Below are positions 1 through 9,873 of a DNA stretch of 64,000 bases, in pieces. Below the pieces are notes generated by a model, which was not told the origin of the DNA, ran no database searches, and saw only the letters and a list, made by a program, of their open reading frames with translations. The DNA is from an uncultured Gammaproteobacteria bacterium (GTDB taxonomy: Bacteria > Patescibacteriota > Microgenomatia > Levybacterales > UBA12049), in assembly GCA_964553245.1 (NCBI GenBank), contig CAZKJM010000001.1, positions 16,892 to 80,891 of the forward strand, written 5' to 3'. Made by a program: the position numbers and the translations under genes. How positions within the stretch are numbered: position 1 is the first letter of the stretch; each line of letters starts with the position of its first letter.

Positions 1-1127
1 GAACAAATGGTAAAACAACGACCGGTAAACTAATAACTGCAATATTAAAAGAGAATAACTCAAAAGTTATTCATAATGATTCAGGAGCAAATCTTTTAAA
101 CGGAATTGCATCTTCTCTTTTAAAAAATGTAGATAACAACGGTAAAATCAATGCTGATTACGCAATATTTGAAATCGATGAGAATACATTACCCAGCGCA
201 ATCGTAAATACAAATCCACATTTTGTTATCTGCCTAAATTTATTTAGAGACCAGCTGGATAGATATGGAGAAGTAGATGCAATTGCAAAAAAGTGGAAAA
301 ATTCATTCAGTAAATTAAACAACAGCACCATTTTTATAATGAATGCTGATGATCCTCTTATTGCAAATATTGCTTCAGGAATACAAAAAAAAATATATTA
401 TTTTGGTCTGGAAAATAAACAATTAGTAATTAAAGAAGAACAAAACGCTGCTGACTCTATCTACTGCCCAAACTGTCAAAATAAACTTGAATATGAAGAT
501 GTTTATTTTGCGCATTTAGGCAACTGGAAATGTTACCACTGCGAGTCAAGAAGACCAAAATTAGATATTTCGGAATATAAATATTATCCACTATTTGGAA
601 CTTATAACATATATAACACATTAGCTTCGGTTATGTTTGCGACTCTTAATAACATACCATTAGATAGAATTACTCAGGCATTTAAAAAATTTAAGCCGGC
701 ATTTGGAAGACAAGAAAAAATTAATTATAAAAATACAGATTTTTACTTGTATTTGTCGAAAAATCCGACAAGTTTTAACGAATCATTAAGAACCGTTAAC
801 AATTTAAACTCCACTGTACTTTTATTGATCTTAAATGACAGAATTCCAGACGGAAGAGATATTTCGTGGATCTACGACATCGATTTTGAAAAACTGTTGA
901 AAAAAAATCAAAAAATTATTATTTCGGGGGACAGAGCTTATGAAATGGCATTAAGAATAAAATATGCTGATATCATAAAAGATTATCTAGTTTTTGATGA
1001 TTTAAATGATGCAGTTAATTACATTATTAAAAAATATCAATTTCAATCTACAAATATCTATGCTCTTCCCACATACTCTGCAATGCTTGAATTAAGAAAA
1101 ATACTAACAGGAAAAAAAATACTATGA
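1..1127 (+). CDS. murT: Lipid II isoglutaminyl synthase subunit MurT (Mur ligase family); 5' end outside window
   Basis: Frame open from nt 3 (TNGKTTT, tail of the P-loop); NLFRDQLDRYGE, CPNC...CYHC Zn motif, FGRQE, KNP, DGRDISWIYD, PTYSAML; overlaps gatD (ATGA). Confidence 0.92.
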   Translation, partial: TNGKTTTGKLITAILKENNSKVIHNDSGANLLNGIASSLLKNVDNNGKINADYAIFEIDENTLPSAIVNTNPHFVICLNLFRDQLDRYGEVDAIAKKWKNSFSKLNNSTIFIMNADDPLIANIASGIQKKIYYFGLENKQLVIKEEQNAADSIYCPNCQNKLEYEDVYFAHLGNWKCYHCESRRPKLDISEYKYYPLFGTYNIYNTLASVMFATLNNIPLDRITQAFKKFKPAFGRQEKINYKNTDFYLYLSKNPTSFNESLRTVNNLNSTVLLLILNDRIPDGRDISWIYDIDFEKLLKKNQKIIISGDRAYEMALRIKYADIIKDYLVFDDLNDAVNYIIKKYQFQSTNIYALPTYSAMLELRKILTGKKIL

Positions 1128-1867
1128 AATTAGTTATTGCGTGGCTATATCCAAACTTGATGAATACATACGGAGACAGGGGCAATATAATCTGTCTTAA
1201 AAAAAGATGTGAATGGAGAAATATTCAAACAGAAATTAAAGAGCTAAACATTGGATTTGATAAAAAATTACTTGACCAAGCTGATATTTTATTTATGGGA
1301 GGCGCACAGGATAAACAGCAGAGAATCGTAGAGAAAGATTTAAGAAATAAAAGAAATAATCTTGTAGAAATATTAAAAAATAATACCCCAGGATTATTTA
1401 TATGCGGAGCCTATCAACTATTTGGGAATTATTACAAAGACTCAAGCGGATTAACAATAAAAGGACTGGAAATTCTGAATATACATACAGAATCAAATAG
1501 ACACAAAAGAATGATCGGAAATATTTTAATAAAAACTGATTTTAACTCGGGAAATAAAATGATAATAGGTTTTGAAAATCATGGCGGAGAGACTTATTTA
1601 GAAAAAAATGTTAAGCCTTTTGGTAAAGTAATAAAAGGTTATGGAAACAATGGAGTAGATAAATATGAAGGTGTCCTATACAACAATTGGATATTTACAT
1701 ATATGCATGGACCACTGTTGCCTAAGAATCCGGAAATCGCTGACTTTTTAATTAAATGTGCTTTGGAAAAAAAATACAATACTAATATTCTACTTTCTAA
1801 ATTAGATGAGGAATTGGAAAAAAAAGCCAGAGAAACAATTGCAAGAAAGCTTAATATTAGACTATAA
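1124..1867 (+). CDS. gatD: CobQ-like glutamine amidotransferase GatD
   Basis: LYPNLMNTYGDRGN, GGAQD, ICGAYQ (catalytic Cys), GFENHGG, YMHGPLLPKNP; follows murT. Confidence 0.92.
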   Translation: MKLVIAWLYPNLMNTYGDRGNIICLKKRCEWRNIQTEIKELNIGFDKKLLDQADILFMGGAQDKQQRIVEKDLRNKRNNLVEILKNNTPGLFICGAYQLFGNYYKDSSGLTIKGLEILNIHTESNRHKRMIGNILIKTDFNSGNKMIIGFENHGGETYLEKNVKPFGKVIKGYGNNGVDKYEGVLYNNWIFTYMHGPLLPKNPEIADFLIKCALEKKYNTNILLSKLDEELEKKARETIARKLNIRL

Positions 1868-1883
1868 TAACAAAAATAACAAA

Positions 1884-2162
1884 ATGAAAATTAACATCGA
1901 TAAGATTGCTAAATTAGCAAATTTAAAACTGTCTGACAATGAAAAAATTACATTAGAAAAACAATTGGAGGAAATTTTAAAATATGTAGAAAAGTTAAAT
2001 ACCTTAAACACAACCGATGTAACCGAAACTTCTCAAGTAACGAATCTTATAAATATCACTAGGAAAGACACTACCGATAAATCTCTTAAAAAAAATGAAG
2101 CGCTGTCTCAATCAAAAAATACAATTGATGATTTTTTTCATGTAGATGTGGTACTTGAATAA
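1884..2162 (+). CDS. gatC: Asp/Glu-tRNA amidotransferase subunit C
   Basis: KIAKLANLKL...ILKYVEKLN..DV..TSQV; directly before gatA; ATG at 1884 preferred over the ORF-track start 1806. Confidence 0.88.
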   Translation: MKINIDKIAKLANLKLSDNEKITLEKQLEEILKYVEKLNTLNTTDVTETSQVTNLINITRKDTTDKSLKKNEALSQSKNTIDDFFHVDVVLE

Positions 2163-3580
2163 TGAATATAAAAAACGAAAATAATTTAACAATAAAAAAA
2201 ACTAAATCGTCTCTTGAAAAGAGAGAAATATCTTCTGTTGAGCTTACAAATAAGTATTTAAAAAAAATAAAAATGTTAAACCCAAAACTAAATGCGTTTA
2301 TAACGGTCAATGAAGAATTTGCATTAAAACAAGCGGAAAATGCCGACAAAATGTATAGGGATGGAAAAAAAATGCCATTATTAGGAATACCGATCGCGCT
2401 TAAAGATTTATTTTTAACAAAAGGTTTAAAAACAACAGCTTCTTCAAAAATGCTTGATAACTATGTGCCACAATATGATGCAATGGTTGTAGAAAAATTA
2501 AATTCTGCCGGAGCAATAATTATTGGAAAATTAAATTGTGATGCTTGGGCTCATGGGTCGAGTGGAGAAAATTCAGACTATGGAGTAGTAAGAAATCCTT
2601 GGAATACCGATTACATTCCCGGAGGGTCAAGCAGCGGATCGGCAGTTGCAGTTGCCTCTGATACATGCATTGCTTCAACAGGTACAGATACAGGAGGATC
2701 AATAAGGCTTCCTGCAAGTTTTTGCAATGTTGTAGGCCTAAAGCCAACCTATGGCAGAGTAAGTCGTTATGGAATAATTGCAATGGCATCATCTCTTGAC
2801 TCAATAGGACACTTTACAAAAACGGTTGAAGATTCTGCACTAATGCTTAATGTTACTTCAGGAAAAGACACTAAAGATGCAACAACTGCTGATATTGATT
2901 CAAAAAACTTTGAGAGTAAATTAGAAAATTCTATAAAAGGAATAAAAATAGGTTTACCAAAAGAATATTTCAATAACTCATTAAATAAAAACATAAAAGA
3001 TGCAATAGATAAAGCATTAATGTTTTACAGTGAAAACGGGGCGGAAATTATTGATATTTCCCTACCTCATACGGAATACTCAATAGCCTGTTATTATATA
3101 ATTCAACCTGCAGAAGTATCCTCAAACTTAGCAAGATACGATGGGATTAGATATGGAAACACAAGAGATTATTTTAAAGAAGAAGCAAAAAGAAGAATAA
3201 TATTGGGCACATTTACATTATCTGCGGGATATTATGATGCGTATTACAAAAAGGCAATGCAAGTTAGAACGCTAATAAAACAAGATTTCGAAAAAGCATT
3301 CGAAAAAGTAGATGCAATAATTACTCCTACATCCCCTTCTCTACCATGGAAGATAGGGGAGAAAACAAATGACCCATTAAAAATGTACCTATCGGACATT
3401 TATACTGTAACAGCAAATCTAGCAGGAATTCCAGGAATATCCATTCCCATAGGATTTTCAAACAATTTACCCGTTGGAATGCAAATACTTGGTCCACATT
3501 TTTCCGAAAAACTGCTGTTTAACCTTGGACATCAATACGAAATTAATCATGAATGGCATAAAATGCAACCAAAAATATGA
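2162..3580 (+). CDS. gatA: Asp/Glu-tRNA amidotransferase subunit A
   Basis: Amidase signature PGGSSSGSAVAV, GTDTGGSIRLPA, SSNLARYDG, RRIILG. Confidence 0.97.
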   Translation: MNIKNENNLTIKKTKSSLEKREISSVELTNKYLKKIKMLNPKLNAFITVNEEFALKQAENADKMYRDGKKMPLLGIPIALKDLFLTKGLKTTASSKMLDNYVPQYDAMVVEKLNSAGAIIIGKLNCDAWAHGSSGENSDYGVVRNPWNTDYIPGGSSSGSAVAVASDTCIASTGTDTGGSIRLPASFCNVVGLKPTYGRVSRYGIIAMASSLDSIGHFTKTVEDSALMLNVTSGKDTKDATTADIDSKNFESKLENSIKGIKIGLPKEYFNNSLNKNIKDAIDKALMFYSENGAEIIDISLPHTEYSIACYYIIQPAEVSSNLARYDGIRYGNTRDYFKEEAKRRIILGTFTLSAGYYDAYYKKAMQVRTLIKQDFEKAFEKVDAIITPTSPSLPWKIGEKTNDPLKMYLSDIYTVTANLAGIPGISIPIGFSNNLPVGMQILGPHFSEKLLFNLGHQYEINHEWHKMQPKI

Positions 3581-4893
3581 AACATAAACCAGTAATAGGA
3601 CTTGAAGTTCATATTGAATTATCCACAAAATCAAAAATGTTTTGTAATTGTTCTGCAAAATACTTTGGAGAACAACCCAATTCCCATACCTGTCCTGTTT
3701 GCCTAGGATTACCCGGAGCATTACCAGTTCCTAACGAAAAAGCAATTGAACACTGTAGAAAAATCGGCCTAGCACTTAACTGCGGTTTAAATGAATTTTC
3801 TAAATTCGACAGAAAAAATTATTTTTATCCGGATTTACCTAAGGGATATCAAATTTCACAATACGATTTTCCATTTTGCGTAAACGGATACATAGAAATT
3901 GGAAAAGAAAATAAAAAGATAAGAATCAAAAGAGTGCATATGGAAGAAGACACAGGAAAACTCATGCACGAAGATAAGAAAACACTTATCGATTTTAACC
4001 GTTCAGGAGTACCATTAGTAGAAATAGTTTCTGAACCAGATTTCGAAAACGGATCGGAAGTGGTCGAATATCTAAAAGCGGTTCAACAAATCGTAAGATA
4101 CCTTGATGTTTCCGATGCAAATATGGAAAAAGGCGAAATGAGACTTGAACCAAACATATCCTTAAAAGAAGAATTTGCTGAAAAATTACCCGAATATAAG
4201 GTAGAAGTAAAGAATATCAATTCTTTTAGATTTGTAGAAAAAGCTATTAATTACGAAATAAAAAGACAGGAAGAATTATTAAAATTAGGTGAAACTCCAA
4301 TGCAAGAGACAAGAGGCTGGAATGAAATAAAACAAAAAACTTTCTCGCAAAGGTCTAAGGAGGAAGCTCATGATTATCGGTATTTTCCCGAACCTGACAT
4401 ACCACCATTATCGATTATAAAAAAAGATATCCAAAAATTAAAAAATTCATTACCAGAACTTCCTAAAGAAAAATTATTAAGATTTATAAATGAATATTCA
4501 ATCACTTATTACAATGCAGAAATACTTACACGTGATATTTCATTAGCAAATTTTTATGAAAAAACGGTATTAGAAGCAAAAAAAATTAACATTTTGCCCA
4601 AAAAAATAGCCAATTTAATAATTAATAAAAAAATAAATATACAAAAAACTACAATTTCTACACTTCTTTCCGAAATAAATTGTGCTAATCAAACAGATAA
4701 TATTTCCAAAGAAGAAATTTTAGATGCTATAGAAAAAACACTAGAAAAGAACAAATCAGCGCTTGAGGATTATAAAAAAGGCAAAACTCAAGTAATTGGT
4801 TTTTTAATAGGGCAAGTCGGGAAAACCTTGGAAAAAAAAGTTAACGCAAGTAATATAAAAATGTTGCTTGAAGAAAAATTAAAAAATGAGTGA
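3577..4893 (+). CDS. gatB: Asp/Glu-tRNA amidotransferase subunit B
   Basis: IGLEVHIEL, FDRKNYFYPDLPKGYQISQ, HMEEDTGK, DYRYFPEPD. Confidence 0.97.
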   Translation: MKHKPVIGLEVHIELSTKSKMFCNCSAKYFGEQPNSHTCPVCLGLPGALPVPNEKAIEHCRKIGLALNCGLNEFSKFDRKNYFYPDLPKGYQISQYDFPFCVNGYIEIGKENKKIRIKRVHMEEDTGKLMHEDKKTLIDFNRSGVPLVEIVSEPDFENGSEVVEYLKAVQQIVRYLDVSDANMEKGEMRLEPNISLKEEFAEKLPEYKVEVKNINSFRFVEKAINYEIKRQEELLKLGETPMQETRGWNEIKQKTFSQRSKEEAHDYRYFPEPDIPPLSIIKKDIQKLKNSLPELPKEKLLRFINEYSITYYNAEILTRDISLANFYEKTVLEAKKINILPKKIANLIINKKINIQKTTISTLLSEINCANQTDNISKEEILDAIEKTLEKNKSALEDYKKGKTQVIGFLIGQVGKTLEKKVNASNIKMLLEEKLKNE

Positions 4894-5620
4894 ACAAACA
4901 TTGGAACAACCAGTTATAAAAAAAAGTAAAAATTCAGAGATACAAAAAAGAGTTGAAAGAAGAAAGGGAATCATCAAAGAAAGATACAGATATGAAGACC
5001 CAGTCGCAAATCAACTTGCAAGAGATACTATAGCAGCGGAACTAAGAAATGAAAGACAAATTAAAAAAGACCTAGAAAAAGAAGGCGAAATTGACCACTT
5101 AACAGGAATTTATAACAGGAGAGGATTTGAATTACACATAAAAGAAGAATTACAAAGTGCTAAAAGACATAATTATGATTTAACAATACTTTATTTGGAT
5201 GCAAATAAATTTAAAGAAATAAACGATACCTTTGGACACAGAATCGGAGACGAATACTTAATCAAAATTGCTCAGGCAATAAAAACTGCATGTAGAAGCA
5301 CAGACGTTTTTGCAAGATTAGGAGGAGACGAATTTGCTATTCTTCTTTCCGACACAAAAATTGAAAACGTTGATTCTTTTTGGAACAGAATAAATGAGTT
5401 GTTTAATAAAAGCAAAATAAGTATTAACGAAGAATCTCAAAGCCCAAGAACAATAATCGATGGTTTAAAAATATCAGCAGGAGCTGCAAAAGTTGATCTT
5501 GAAAACTGTAGTCAATCAATTGATCAAGCAGATAAAGCAATGTATAAAGCAAAGGAATTCGCAAGCCTAACGGGAGAAAATACGCTGATTAGATTCGATC
5601 AAATACACCATGAAGTTTAA
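4886..5620 (+). CDS. Diguanylate cyclase (GGDEF domain) with N-terminal charged helical region
   Basis: DHLTGIYNRR, LDANKFKEINDTFGH..GD, RSTD I-site, ARLGGDEF, ADKAMYKAK. Confidence 0.93.
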   Translation: MSEQTLEQPVIKKSKNSEIQKRVERRKGIIKERYRYEDPVANQLARDTIAAELRNERQIKKDLEKEGEIDHLTGIYNRRGFELHIKEELQSAKRHNYDLTILYLDANKFKEINDTFGHRIGDEYLIKIAQAIKTACRSTDVFARLGGDEFAILLSDTKIENVDSFWNRINELFNKSKISINEESQSPRTIIDGLKISAGAAKVDLENCSQSIDQADKAMYKAKEFASLTGENTLIRFDQIHHEV

Positions 5621-5631
5621 AACTAACTAAT

Positions 5632-8600
5632 ATGTCCGATTTTATACATCTTCATAATCATACCGAATATTCACTCCTGGATGGTCTTGGAAAAGTTAAA
5701 GAAATGGTCAAAAGAGCAAAGGAGCTAAATATGGACGCATTGGCAATTACAGATCATGGAAATATGTATGGTGTAATAAATTTTTATAAAGCATGTATCG
5801 AAGAAGGAATAAAACCAATAATCGGTTGCGAGGTTTATATGAGTAAAAGATCAAGGCACGATAAAGAAACAGGTCTCGATTCCGATTATACTCACTTAGT
5901 CCTGTTGGCGAAGAACATCACAGGATACAAAAATTTAATGAAAATTGTCTCGGCAGCTCATCTTGAAGGATATTACTACAAACCACGCGCAGATTTAGAA
6001 TTGCTAAAACAATATAGCGATGGACTTATTTGCCTTACGGCATGTGTAGGAGGATATATTGCAAATCCTATTATTGAAAACGATGAAGAAACAGCCCTTA
6101 AAAGAGTAAATTCATTAATGGAAATTTTTGATAAAGATCACTTGTACCTTGAGATACAAAAACACGTTAATCTAAAAGAGCAAGATATTGTAAACGAAAA
6201 ACTTATTGAATATTCAAAAAAGTTTGGATTACCTTTAGTTGCTACAAATGATAATCATTATATATTCCCCGAGGATGCAGAAGCTCAAGACGCATTGGTG
6301 TGTGTTCAAATGCAAACAACTTTAGATAATAAAGATCGAAAACTTACAATGATGTCTTTTCCGGATATTTATATGCGCTCTCAAGAAGAAATGAAAGGAC
6401 TTTTTGTTCAAAATCCGGAAGCTATTGAAAATACGATAAAAATAGCTAATATGTGCAACCTGGAAATTCAGCTTGGAAAATGGATTATGCCTATTTTTGA
6501 TGTTCCAGGTGGAATTAGCGCAGCTGAATATATTCAAAAAAATGTAAACGAAGGATTAATCAAAAGGTATGGAAAAATTACAGAAGAAATTAAAGAAAGA
6601 ACAAATTACGAACTTTCAATAATCCTTAAAAAGGGATACGAAACTTATATATTAATTGTTGCAGATTTTGTAAATTGGGCAAAATCAAACGGTATTACAG
6701 TCGGTCCTGGAAGGGGATCAAATGCTGGATCAATCGTTTCATATGCATTAAACATTTCCGATGTTGATCCGTTGTTTTTTAAATTGCCTTTTGAGCGGTT
6801 TTTAAACCCAATGAGACCTTCTCCTCCGGATATTGATCTTGATTTTGCAGACAATAGAAGAGACGAAGTCATTGAATACGTGACAAATAAATACGGGAAA
6901 GATAAAGTAGCACAAATTATCACTTTTGGAACAATCGAAGCTAGAGGTTCGGTAAGAGATATGGGAAGAGTAATGGGTCTTCCCTATTCTGTCCCCGACC
7001 GTATTGCAAAAATGATTCCTGCAGGATGGCAAGGACATGCAATGACAATAGACAAAGCTTTGGAACAAAGTGCAGATCTGAAAATCGCTTATTCTACAGA
7101 ACCAGAGACAAAACGTCTCTTAGATCTGGCAAGAAAAGTAGAAGGGGTTGCAAGGCATGCATCTGTCCACGCTGCAGGGGTTGTAATAGCAGATAAACCA
7201 ATTACAGAATATGCCCCACTACAAAAAGAGCCAAATGGAGAAAAAATAATCACCCAATACGATATGTATTCTGCTGGAGAAGATGGTGTCGGTCTTTTAA
7301 AAATTGATTTCTTGGGCCTTAGAAACCTTACAATTATTCAAGAATCTCTTAAATTTATAAAAGAAAATCGAGATATTGAAATTGATTTTTCAAAGATTTC
7401 TTTTGATGATAAAAAAACATATGATCTTTTATCATCTGGAGAAACAACCGGTATATTTCAACTAGAATCTCCCGGAATGAGAAGATACATAAAAGAATTA
7501 AAACCTACAACTATATTTGATTTGCAGGCAATGGTTGCCCTATATCGTCCCGGTCCAATGGCAAACATTCCTGAATTTATAAAAAGAAAACATAATCCTT
7601 TACTTATTAAATACCCTGATCCAAGACTAGCAGATACGCTTAAAGAATCATATGGAATTATTACTTTTCAAGATGATTTATTACTTACTGCAATAAATGT
7701 TGCAGGATATTCTTGGCTTGAGGCTGACAAATTAAGAAAAGCTGTTGGTAAAAAAATTCCATCAGAGATGAAAAAACAACATGATAAGTTTATACAAGGC
7801 TGTGTAGATAACGGAATGTCCAAAACCAATGCGGAACATTTATGGATTCAATTTGAACCATTCGCAGGCTATGGATTTGGTAAAGCTCACGCAGCTTGCT
7901 ATGCAACAATTGCTTTTAGAACAGCTTACCTAAAAGCACACTACCCCGTTGAGTTTATGACTGCGTTGTTAACCGCAGAATCGCGAGGATCCTCTGGTCC
8001 AACTAAAGACGAAAAGATTGCCCAAGCCGTCGCAGAGTGCAAAAGATTAGATGTAAAAGTTCTTCCTCCAAACATAAATAAATCAGGTGATGAATTCACT
8101 ATAGAAGATGGTATAAAAATAAGATTTGGATTATCTGCTATAAAAAACGTAGGAGATGCTGCGATTCATTCTATTTTAGGATCGAGAAATAATGGAGTGT
8201 TTAAAAGCTTTGAAGATTTCTGCGAAAGAGTAGATTTAGGACCAGTAAATAAAAAAACTATAGAAAGCTTAATTAAGGCCGGAGCAATGGATATATTCGG
8301 AAACAGAGCAAGTCTTCTAATTCAATATCCTGAAATTGTCGAAAAGACAAATCAAAAACAAAAGCAAAAAGCAAAAGGTCAAACAAGCTTATTTGATGAT
8401 CCCTCAATGGATCCTCCTTCTTCTTTTAAGAAACAGTCGATCGAGGACTTTTCCGAAACTGAAAAATTGGCTTTTGAAAAAGAATTTCTAGGTTTCTACC
8501 TTACTTCTCATCCTCAAATCCATAATTTAATGAATATAAAAAAATTCATCAGTCACGAAATTGATTTACTTTTGGAGGAAATCGAAGGATCAACTGTTAC

Positions 8601-8841
8601 AATCGGTGGACTTGTTGAAAATGTAAAAAAAATATTTACAAAAAAGAACAACCAGGAAATGGCATTTGTAACCATAAGTGACGAAAAAGGTCTAACAATT
8701 GAATGTGTAGTTTTTCCAAAAATTTTTGAGCGATTTAAAAAATACTTAAATAAGGAATCTGTTATCGTTGTTAATGGTCGTTTAGATGTTAAGAACGACA
8801 AGCCTGTAATTATTGTTGAGAAAATATCATTTTTCAGTTAA
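5632..8841 (+). CDS. dnaE: DNA polymerase III alpha subunit
   Basis: PHP domain HLHNHTEYSLLDG, GPGRGS, PDIDLDF, KIDFLGLRNLT, GFGKAHA, C-terminal OB fold. Confidence 0.98.
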   Translation: MSDFIHLHNHTEYSLLDGLGKVKEMVKRAKELNMDALAITDHGNMYGVINFYKACIEEGIKPIIGCEVYMSKRSRHDKETGLDSDYTHLVLLAKNITGYKNLMKIVSAAHLEGYYYKPRADLELLKQYSDGLICLTACVGGYIANPIIENDEETALKRVNSLMEIFDKDHLYLEIQKHVNLKEQDIVNEKLIEYSKKFGLPLVATNDNHYIFPEDAEAQDALVCVQMQTTLDNKDRKLTMMSFPDIYMRSQEEMKGLFVQNPEAIENTIKIANMCNLEIQLGKWIMPIFDVPGGISAAEYIQKNVNEGLIKRYGKITEEIKERTNYELSIILKKGYETYILIVADFVNWAKSNGITVGPGRGSNAGSIVSYALNISDVDPLFFKLPFERFLNPMRPSPPDIDLDFADNRRDEVIEYVTNKYGKDKVAQIITFGTIEARGSVRDMGRVMGLPYSVPDRIAKMIPAGWQGHAMTIDKALEQSADLKIAYSTEPETKRLLDLARKVEGVARHASVHAAGVVIADKPITEYAPLQKEPNGEKIITQYDMYSAGEDGVGLLKIDFLGLRNLTIIQESLKFIKENRDIEIDFSKISFDDKKTYDLLSSGETTGIFQLESPGMRRYIKELKPTTIFDLQAMVALYRPGPMANIPEFIKRKHNPLLIKYPDPRLADTLKESYGIITFQDDLLLTAINVAGYSWLEADKLRKAVGKKIPSEMKKQHDKFIQGCVDNGMSKTNAEHLWIQFEPFAGYGFGKAHAACYATIAFRTAYLKAHYPVEFMTALLTAESRGSSGPTKDEKIAQAVAECKRLDVKVLPPNINKSGDEFTIEDGIKIRFGLSAIKNVGDAAIHSILGSRNNGVFKSFEDFCERVDLGPVNKKTIESLIKAGAMDIFGNRASLLIQYPEIVEKTNQKQKQKAKGQTSLFDDPSMDPPSSFKKQSIEDFSETEKLAFEKEFLGFYLTSHPQIHNLMNIKKFISHEIDLLLEEIEGSTVTIGGLVENVKKIFTKKNNQEMAFVTISDEKGLTIECVVFPKIFERFKKYLNKESVIVVNGRLDVKNDKPVIIVEKISFFS

Positions 8842-8848
8842 AAAACTC

Positions 8849-8877
8849 TTGACTTAAACACAAGTTACAATTAAAAT
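8849..8877 (+). promoter_or_regulatory. sigma70-type promoter of atp operon (TTGACT-17-TAAAAT), 8 nt before atpB ATG
   Basis: Near-consensus hexamers with 17-nt spacer in the dnaE-atpB gap. Confidence 0.65.
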
Positions 8878-8885
8878 AAAGCAAA

Positions 8886-9662
8886 ATGGTTTCATTTGCG
8901 GCAGAACCTATTTTTAGGATAGGTTCTTTTTCAGTTACAAATACGCTTGTTAATACCGCATTAATAGACGCTACACTTCTAAGCGTTTGTTTCGTCACCT
9001 CAAAAAAAATAAAATATGTACCTGGAAAGTTACAAAATATTCTGGAATACATTATTCAAGTATTTAATGACTTAATCGAATCAGTTGCTCCAAATAGGGG
9101 AAAAATAATATTACCGTTTGTAGTAACTTTTTTTGTTTTTATTTTACTAATAAACTGGAGTGGGCTTTTACCCGGTGTTGGAACTATCGGATTCTTTGAA
9201 GAACACGAACATAAAAAAGTGCTAATCCCCTTAGTTAGGGCAGCCACAAGCGATATAAATACAACCTTAGCTCTTGCCTTAGTTTCCGCAGTCTCCACTC
9301 ACGTTTTAAGCATTAAATTAACCGGAATAAAGGATTATTTAAGTAGATTCTTTTCTATAAATCCAATAAATCTTTTCGTGGGGCTACTCGAGTTAGTGTC
9401 GGAAATTACAAAGGTTGTCTCTTTATCATTCCGTCTTTTTGGCAATATTTTTGCAGGTGAAGTTGTATTGGTTACAGTATCATCTTTATTTGCATTCTTA
9501 TTTCCACTTCCTTTTATGTTACTGGAAGTAATCGTAGGAATAGTTCAGGCATTAGTATTTGCCATGCTTACAATGTCTTTTATGGCTATAATGACAACCC
9601 CTCATCATGCGCATGAAAATATCATAGAAAATCATATAAATGGCAAGGAGGTGAGGAAATAG
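8886..9662 (+). CDS. atpB: ATP synthase F0 subunit a
   Basis: NWSGLLPG, TSDINTTLALA, SLSFRLFGNIFAGE, QALVFAML. Confidence 0.97.
   Translation: MVSFAAEPIFRIGSFSVTNTLVNTALIDATLLSVCFVTSKKIKYVPGKLQNILEYIIQVFNDLIESVAPNRGKIILPFVVTFFVFILLINWSGLLPGVGTIGFFEEHEHKKVLIPLVRAATSDINTTLALALVSAVSTHVLSIKLTGIKDYLSRFFSINPINLFVGLLELVSEITKVVSLSFRLFGNIFAGEVVLVTVSSLFAFLFPLPFMLLEVIVGIVQALVFAMLTMSFMAIMTTPHHAHENIIENHINGKEVRK
9645..9654 (+). promoter_or_regulatory. Strong Shine-Dalgarno AAGGAGGTGA for atpE
   Basis: 10-nt match to canonical SD, 7 nt before GTG at 9662, inside the atpB 3' end. Confidence 0.8.
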
Positions 9663-9868
9663 TGTCGTTTACAATAACAGGAGGATTAGTAATTGTGCTT
9701 GGGGGCATGTTTCCAGCTCTTGCTATCGCATTAATTGGATTAAAAGCAATGGAAGCAATTGGAAGAAATCCTGAAGCTGCGAGCAAAATTATGACACCTA
9801 TGCTTTTAGGTATGGCATTTGCCGAAGCTATTGCAATTTATTCTCTAGTATTAGCATTTATTAAATAA
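9662..9868 (+). CDS. atpE: ATP synthase F0 subunit c
   Basis: Two hydrophobic helices, RNPEA loop, FAEAIAIY with carboxylate Glu; GTG start. Confidence 0.96.
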   Translation: MSFTITGGLVIVLGGMFPALAIALIGLKAMEAIGRNPEAASKIMTPMLLGMAFAEAIAIYSLVLAFIK

Positions 9869-9873
9869 TAGCT

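Noticed and set aside
3619-3627. Isolated DnaA boxes (TTATCCACA in gatB; also 50773-50781 and 61695-61703)
   Set aside because: Single 9-mers are expected by chance in 64 kb of AT-rich DNA
5632-8841. Possible intein or split in dnaE
   Set aside because: Length is normal, motifs are continuous and no intein termini were seen
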